This document shows, piece after piece, positions 56,341-64,000 of a DNA stretch of 64,000 bases (the stretch's first letter is position 1; each line of letters starts with the position of its first letter). Both the position numbers and the translations under genes were made by a program. The notes under the pieces were generated by a model. It was not told the DNA's origin. It saw only the letters and a program-made list of their open reading frames with translations, and ran no database searches. This DNA comes from Minutocellus sp. GHC0000111 (lineage: Eukaryota), in assembly GCA_977018835.1 (NCBI GenBank), contig OZ361259.1, positions 1,426,001 through 1,490,000 on the forward strand, in the 5' to 3' direction.

Positions 56341-59300
56341 TTAAGTTGTGCCAACCTCTTCTTCTTCTCCTACAGTCGTTGCATCCTCTTCCCAACTCCG
56401 AGCATCGGATATTATATGGATGAATTCGCCAGTTGGAACAACAAAACATTTGTTCTTATCTGCTCGGTCAGCCTGGCTAAGAATTCCAATAACTTCGCCT
56501 TGATCATTGGAACAGGGACAACCGGATTGCCCCCCAAGGGTGAGAGAAGTAACAATGGAAAAGTAATGCTTCCAAACATACCCACGCTCCGACCGTCCTC
56601 GCCACTCGGAGTTCATGAATTTGCGGGAAACGTACCCACGATACACCTCAATTGACCGATCAATTGAGGTCTCAGTCGTTTGGCCATATCCAATGAGACG
56701 CACATTTTGTCAATTTCACATCTTGGCGAGAGCTTCAGCTGATGAAGTCCCTCGTTCCGAAAGTCTTCTCGAGTTCTGAGGGTACGGATGTTGTTAAATG
56801 CCGACAACAAGTTGTCGTGTGTATCCACGTCATGCTCTAATCGCGCAGTGATTCGTAACACAGCAGCGTCAACATTGCATACATCCTCGGCATCGATCCT
56901 GGCAACATATCGCCATACAGCCTCGGGACCCACCGGTGAGTTCGGATTTGATTCTTTGCTGGAGGGCGGTAGGCCAACCAGAACTTGTCCACGTGACAGG
57001 CCGTAGTAACGCGCTTGTCTCCGAAGGAAGCTATTTGGCGGGGCAGCTGATCCGCTTGGATCGATCACTACATGCGCTGCGGTGACGACCAGACCCCGTT
57101 TTGCATCAACGACAAAGCCTGAACAGCATCGATGAATGCGATGGCCATCCCACAACCCAATGAGACAAACGCCGGGGCAAATCTTTAAGTAGTGGACATT
57201 TTCGTTGAAAGAAGACTGCTCCTGGTACGCAATCGGCCTATGTGAAGGTAGCGTTTCGCCCGTCAGGTAGCGCAGATCTACCTTGTGGTTGTTCTCACAG
57301 GTCAAAACACCTCGATCGCCCTTTTGGGCAGCTTCCCTCACTCTGGACCAGCTCCAGACTGCCGCAGTACGGACGTCGCGAGTAGCTAAACATTTGTGGC
57401 CGGCTGGTTCCCGACTGTAATCGAGGCCTCGATACTCACGGATGGTTCTATCAACCTCGTTGAGGACAATTTTGAAGCCTCCCTCCCAGATCAGCCGGGT
57501 ATGCTGACTTTCCAGACCCATGCCAGAAATCACAAGCCTCTTGAGCCCAGGCGCAGTAGAGTCACCAGCTACGCACGTTTCTGACGCCTGATCTTCGATC
57601 TGGGCAAATACATCTAGGTAGGACTTGCCATCTCGATTATCGATGGCCACGAACGAAGTCTTGAGTGTTAGCTGGAAGGCCTGGCGCCAGCACAAGATCT
57701 AAGATAGAAAGAGCGGAATAGAGCGGAGGACGTCAGATTGATGGAGGAATATATGTACTGGTACGACGTACTCCAAGGGAACCGAATGTTTACATGAATA
57801 ACAAAATCCTTTTTCACCTCATCAAACTCAAGCTGGCCATTGTATCTAGCATCGTTTCGATCGGCGGAAGCTGTCGCAGCGTGCAATGCCCTGAGGACTG
57901 AACTCGTAATTCGCTCAAAGATACCAGGAGGGGCACCGTCGCGAAAGAGCCATGTGTGGCAGAGACAAACCTTCTTCTCGTCCGTAGTCTTGAAAGTGTC
58001 TTCGTCGATTTCACGACGGGGGCGCTCCCTCGGCTTAAGTTGAGACGGGAGAAAATAAAATACAGATGAAGGATCGTTTTCATGGACGAGCGGCCTGGAG
58101 TATAACTCATTTGATAACTCAACATTCGGCTTCATGAGATCGATCGGAACAAAGACACCGAAGTAAACAAGCAGCTTCTCCAAAAATGAAAATGCATCAA
58201 ACGACAATTGCTCTGATGACGCCCCTTGCACCGCCCTACTTGCAGACTTAAAAAGCTTAGCATTTGAACTCCACAAAAGTCTCGCATCACTATCTCGAAG
58301 TATCGGGCACCGGACAGCGGAGTTGAAGAAGCTGTCTGCCCTACCAAAGGTTGCCCACTTTGACGCTGAGGCGCGACCTGATTTAACTCCATCGAGATGC
58401 TGGGAAAGATCGTGTCTCATCACAATCTTCAGAGCCAGCACTAACCATCTCGGATTTATAAAGATAAACCGAGACAAACTGTCCGGTCGCATGCCAAGAA
58501 CCTTGGACTGGAGCGAAAGGTCTGCAATGCTACTGCCGGTGATGCTTGCATTGTCTTCGCTCATGCTAGGAATCAGTTGAATGTCGCAATCTGCGACAGT
58601 GTAGTCGTCAACCTCATCAGCTTCTTCATCATCGCTGCTATCGTAAAAGATGCCGTCTTCGAACCTCGACGCAGCAATGTGCGGGCGTTCCTCGAGCCCA
58701 TCCACTTCGCCAAAGAACAAGATTTCACCGATGCGAGAGAGAAATCTGAGCGTATCATTCAGATCTGTATCGGAAGGTCGATATCCAAGCTCTTTTTCCA
58801 CCATTTCCGCAAATGACGACCATTCGAGTAGCTGAAACTTGGCTCTTTTTTCCCGAACAAGTGCTCGAATTGCCAACCTTTCGGGTGGTATGACTGCACC
58901 GACATGACCTCGGAATAATGGGTAACGATACTCTTCCGCGGTCGCGTTCCGCCCTGTTGCAATGCTCAAAATGCGGCGAAAATCCGGGCACTCCGTTTCT
59001 CTACCGGTAGCAAGATTGATGACCCGCTCCTTCAATGCTCCAAAGCCTCTATCAAAAGTTCCGCTGATTCGCATAACAGCATCGGGACCTCCGTCGTTTT
59101 GGAAGATGAGTTTCGGCAGCCGGTATGGCGACAGCAACTCTCGAATGCGCTGCGCCGCCGGGGAATCGGCTCGGTGGCTGTTCTCAAGCTTGAGAAGTCG
59201 CTTCCGAAGGCTTTGTACTCGTCGCTCTTCCCTGCGAAGGATCCTATCCTTCATGCGTCGGCACCTTCGCCTTGCTTCAGCAATACCACCGAGATTGTCG

Positions 59301-62300
59301 TCGTCAAAACAGTCGGCATGCGAAGCCACAAAAAGAATAGCCGCGCCCGGCACAGACGACCGAATGCAGTCGATCCAGTACTGGACCTTATCATCAATGT
59401 CATCATCTAAAGCTTTCTCGGCGACCTGCTCGTTCCTTCGATTCTGTTCGTTCTCGACTTCTTCATCGCTATCTATCCACTGAAATTCTCCCTCGTCGTC
59501 TTCATCGGGCTCGACAACCTTTTCGATTGTTTTGTTATCAACGCCCATGTTCCATACTAAAACATATAATGCAGATGGTGAAAAGAAAATTGAATGCGTC
59601 GCTGTCGAGTGGATAAACGATCAACGAAGTGTGAGGGGAAAAGAGGAACAAGAAGAAGACGTCAGATTCTTACAATTAAAATAGAAACAAATGTATCGTG
59701 CAGACACAAGATTATATCGCCTGACTCACCATGATAATGTTCTTGCCCAGCAAAGTCAAACAGACTGAAACGAATGCTAGCATCGGTGATGTCCGGTGAC
59801 TCATCTTCCTGGACAATCGATGTGATAAGATTGTCTGCATTAGGGATGCTATACTTCTCAAAATCCTCAGCTGGATTCCACGAATCAATGGAAATGCCGA
59901 TGGTAGATTCCTCCTTCTTGGGTATTTCAGCGAACATCCCGGACTTCAATCTGTTCATGGCAGTAGTTTTCCCGCTCCTGTCAAACATTCATCAAACAAT
60001 AGAAGGAGTTGAATCTGATATGAGTTATAAGTGTACAAAGCACAGTACCTCTCAAGCATAAAATATGGTGTAACTCACCTACTCTGGCCCACAAACACAA
60101 TTTTCAGTGTATCGTTAACCTCGGTTGGCTCGGGTTTTGTCGCCTCTTGAGTAGGCACTGCTGCCATCACTGCCGTCATGGCCATTTCTCCCCGTTTCAC
60201 CACCGGTTCAGCACAGAGAGGTGATGGTGGTGGAAAGGCGGTGATAGCCATGGCATTTATTGGCGGGGCTGTAGCCGACCGAAGGGGAACAGTAGAAACA
60301 GTTGGCATGCCACCGCCACCTCTGAGAGCCATCGCTGGTGCCAGTGCTGGCGGTACCTGTCTTGGAAGGGCCGGGGGCATGGGAGAACTTGCACTCGTGC
60401 CCATCAAGCGTCTCTGCGTTGCTCCTGGAGTCGGCACTGACATTGGTCGGGTTCTAGGCGATGGGAATGATCCCATCCTCGCTGGCGACCTTGGGGGTTC
60501 GGATCCAAGAATATCATAACCAGGCGGGCCTTGCTCCGAGTCCTCCTCTTCGTCGGACACGCGCGCTCCGATTTGTATTGAAGTCAGGTCAGCAGCACCA
60601 TTCATAATACCGGCGTTATCATCATCGCTCGAACTTTCTGCCTCATGGATCGGCTGAGAAGGTTCAGAAACAAGGTCCTCAAGGCGGCTCCTCCGACGTT
60701 CTTTTCGATCCAAGGAGACAAAGTACCTTCTCATTGCAGCGATACCACGTTCACAGTCTGCAAGAGGAGGTTGAATGATTGGGTTCATGGTGACATCAAG
60801 CTCCGATAACTCCATTTTGCAGATATCTCGTGGTACATGTGTGATGTAATTGTTCGGCAATCGAAGAGTTTTCAGGCTGAACAGACGTGTGAGTCCTTCG
60901 GGAAGCTCGGAGATATGATTGTACGCCAAACTCAAATACTCCAGGTTCTCTAGAACAAACGGGCCTTCCTCGGGCAGATCGATTTCGTATATGTCATTGT
61001 TCGACATTGTCAATACCTCCAAATTAGGGAGGCCTCTGAGGGCACCGGCTGGTAGGAACTTCTGCAGACTATTATGGCTCAGATTCAGGCGTCGCAGGTT
61101 GGGAAGGGCCCATTCGCAATCTGGTAGCGAGACGAGACCGCACTGCTGCAAGTCCAGCCCATTCAAAGAATAGACTATGGGATCTGGCAGATAATTGAGC
61201 AAATTTCCTGCCAGTGATATCTTCGTCAGCTCTGACCCAAGAGCATCGGAGAGGATGGAGTCGAGGGGCAACTCCTTCGCCGTAAGATTTAAGTCTCTAA
61301 GGAGCAATCGTTTGGTTACGCTCGCTTTGCCCAACTCAAATTTGATTTGTTCCACGCGTCTCCCTCCCAAAGTGCTTGCGCTGGTTGATCTGTGAAAGGA
61401 TCTCTCTACATTTTTCTGCGACTCACTTCTCGTAATCGACACAGCCTCGATGCCATAGTCATCATCGTGGCCGAACTCGGATTCGCCATACATGGCGTCG
61501 TGCCTCATATCTCGCATTCGCGTTCGCTTCTTGGCAAAGTACTTTGCATTTTTCTTGGCCTCGCGCGCCTTCTTCGCCTTGCCGTCGTTATCGTTGGCAT
61601 GTTGCTTCCTTCCAGCAATAGGAGCAATAGGAGGGGAGCGCAGTGGCGATATAGGTTCCTCATCCTCGATATCCACGGACTTGCGATCGATGGAGCCATA
61701 GCTATCGGCCGGTCCATATCTTGACGAATTGCACTTTTGTCCCATCGATCCATGACTGTCGGATCGCTCTGGCGGTGCTGATTTGCCCTTGTTCTTTGCC
61801 TTCTTTTTGCCCTTTCCAACCTTTGCTGATCGATCAGTGGCACGAGATTCGGGTGACCATTTGCTCAAAAAGTCATAGTCAGTGCGACGACCACCCTGTG
61901 TAGCACCGTGATGTGGTCTTGCAGGTAATGATTCCGGGGGACCCTCTTCCATAGTTAGAGCGCTTATGGCACTGACCGCTCGATCGGCTTTGATGGTGGG
62001 AAAGCTTGGGAACGACCCGGGCGATCGACCCAGGACCTCATCCGTCACCGATTGCTCTGGGTTAGCATCGGTCTGCGAACTCTTGAGGCTCTTGGCGTCA
62101 TCAAAGCTGCTGACGTTGCGATTCAACAAGCTGCCGTGCAAATTGCCCTTTCCTGGCTTGGCCGATGAGGGCAGTATCTGAATGCCTCCGCCTCCGCCTC
62201 CACCTGGCGCCCCACCAGCATCCTGCGGCAGAGGCCTCCCAGTGGTGCTGCCGAGAGCAGTTCCATCAGCACCGCCACCTCTCGGACTCAGCGGGCGATT

Positions 62301-62513
62301 GGCATTGTGGTGCAACGCCCCCGCCGACTTGGGTGGTTGCAATTGTGCCAAATCGCCATATTGTTGGTGAAATTCCTCCTCCATCGTCAGAAAGTTGTCA
62401 TCGTTGAGATATTCCGCCGTCTTCTCATAACTTTTGGATGGTTCCAGTTCGCTGGGCTTTTTGTTGATTTTATGAGGCGGAAAGTGGAATGGCTTGGGCT
62501 TGCCACTCGACAT
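56341..62513 (-). CDS. ROCO protein: LRR - Roc GTPase - COR - trypsin-like serine protease; introns 59978-60078, 59602-59729, 57699-57817; frameshift near 56700
   Basis: LRRs (LxxLxLxxNxL); P-loop KIVFVGQSR|SGKT, STIGI, FDFAGQEHYH|ATHSIFFS, VASHAD; COR (LRFLSRIGEILFF, FINPRWL, YFLPSQL, PPGIFERI); protease VTAAHV, DAAVL, GQSGCP. Confidence 0.88.
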
Positions 62514-63793
62514 GATGGGTATGACAGATGTGATAACGCCCGTTGTATCTTCAAGTCTCACTGAAGCGAAGCGAACGAACCCAGCCAGATGCAGAATGAG
62601 ACCGCCCGAAAAAGGGATAGGGGTGCAACTTGTGTCGAAATGAATCAATCGAAGTTAGGGAAGACCGAGCAAAAGGCAAGACGAAATGTGTGCAATGTAA
62701 AGAGCATTAAATCGGCGAGATACTGAAAGTCAAGCCATCTCGACGATGCATGGGTCGTTCATGCTGCCATGGCTCTCGGCGGCTAAGCGAGCTCTCTGCC
62801 TGGGGCTGGGGCGTCGCGTCGGGCGTTTGTTCAGCATTAGTGCCTGGGGCATGCTTTAGTGGGTACAGGTCATGAATCCCATCGAGGAAGTACCTACGTA
62901 GCTACGTAGCTACTAGCTAGAGTAGGGCGTACATGTACATGTATGTACTCTAGTAGCTACGTAGTATTGCAAGTCGGGAGGGATAGATGGCCAAGATTCC
63001 GCGATGGATTTCGCGAGCAATCGAATCAAGGATACACCGGTGTAGGCATTCAGCACCTCCTTCTTCCTGAGCCCACCAGATATATCACTGATAGATTGGT
63101 TTCCGTGAACATAGCCATCCTTCCGGTTTGTAGCGTGGTGGTGCAACTCAACAGCCGCGAGCTACTTCCTGCGTTGAAGGAAAGGTTTCCTTTGGATGAA
63201 TTTTCGATAGCAAGTTTTGTTCCCGCCGCCTGCGTTCGTTCGTCCAACACTTCTACTATCCTGCGTACGTGTCCCCCTTTGTCGACTACATGTATGCCAA
63301 TGACAAGGTACCAAAAGAAACAATTGAAATTGCACCACCGCCCATTGCTGAAGCCGACACAAAGACGAATGGTGCGAGAAGATCTGGCAACATCTTCAAA
63401 TGGCCGATCCTTGGTGGCGCTTGTTGTGAACAAATGAAGAAAGAAATGAACCGGGAGGAACGAATAAAAGTGGTGCTTGCGATCCAGAGTGTTTATATTG
63501 TCATTATTATTTGTATCATTGTCGTCTAGCTAGCTACATGTACGCAGTAGTCACACACTCATAAAAATGTAACATAATGCTATCATAGGAATTCCTATCG
63601 AAACCATACCGCTATCGGTGGCTACGCAGCTGTACACACTTCACTTATTTCTGATTTTCTCTGGCGTCCTGATTTATCAGCTGCGACGCAATTATAAATA
63701 CTTGGTGCATTGCATTGCAACGTCATTCATCAGGTCGTTCAGAAAAAACATTCAAGCAGGACATTCCATGTGCACATATTTATCCATTCATTG

Positions 63794-64000
63794 CTACATG
63801 TATTGCCTTGCAGTTGCCAATGCCTTGTCAACCATTTCATTTGGCAGAGCGTGCGCAGCTGTGGCTTCGTCATAATGCGCATATACCGTTCGATCGCCAT
63901 TGAAAATAAATGCCCCTCCTTGATTAAATGCCTGGTCCTGCTTTGGCGGTATGTAGAAAGCATCTTTCCACTTGGACAAAACTTCACTTAACTCATCTGA
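63794..64000 (-). CDS. 3' end of a peroxiredoxin-like 2 (AhpC/TSA-2, PRXL2-type) protein
   Basis: PPKQDQAFNQGGAFIFNGDRTVYAHYDEATAAH matches the QxGG.F.F...(Y/F).H.D motif; continues beyond the window. Confidence 0.7.
   Translation of the reverse strand, partial: SDELSEVLSKWKDAFYIPPKQDQAFNQGGAFIFNGDRTVYAHYDEATAAHALPNEMVDKALATARQYM

Noticed and set aside
62943..63529. ORFs of 86-164 aa near the window end
   Set aside because: Overlapping short frames with no recognisable domain; cannot support a gene call
1..64000. CRISPR arrays, rRNA, tRNA, telomeric repeats, LTR retroelements, viral inserts
   Set aside because: No regularly spaced repeat-spacer array, cloverleaf, rRNA-like tract, or RT/integrase/capsid motif recognised by eye

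Overview
Gene-dense eukaryotic nuclear DNA, almost certainly from a diatom (photosynthetic stramenopile). Evidence: short GT-AG introns, bipartite plastid-targeting presequences with ASAFAP-like cleavage motifs, a CYP97 carotenoid hydroxylase, RXL-motif secreted proteins and a diatom-type 7TM receptor. About 30 protein-coding loci can be read. They include a TRM11-like methyltransferase, two alpha/beta-hydrolases, a 5'-truncated tryptophanase, CYP97, a TFIIS-M/SPOC protein, mL53, a Deg protease, a bacterial-type SDR, DHODH, mTERF, RRP15 and an MTR-kinase-like protein. Most notable: (1) a ~6.2-kb ROCO gene (LRR-Roc-COR) ending in a trypsin-like protease with an apparently intact His/Asp/Ser triad; (2) a divergent class III nucleotide cyclase fused to a C-terminal domain I cannot name; (3) a 1.84-kb Tc1/mariner element with TIRs, a TA TSD and an HMG-box-like N-terminus, inserted in intron 1 of one of two tandem RXL type-I membrane paralogs; (4) a decayed CpG-poor segment with a Helitron-like 3' end; (5) two loci where conserved 5' gene ends are missing. 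About 15 frameshifts or in-frame stops, several at homopolymers and some in housekeeping genes, point to an error-prone consensus rather than mass pseudogenisation. Domain calls come from motif recognition by eye; no searches were run.
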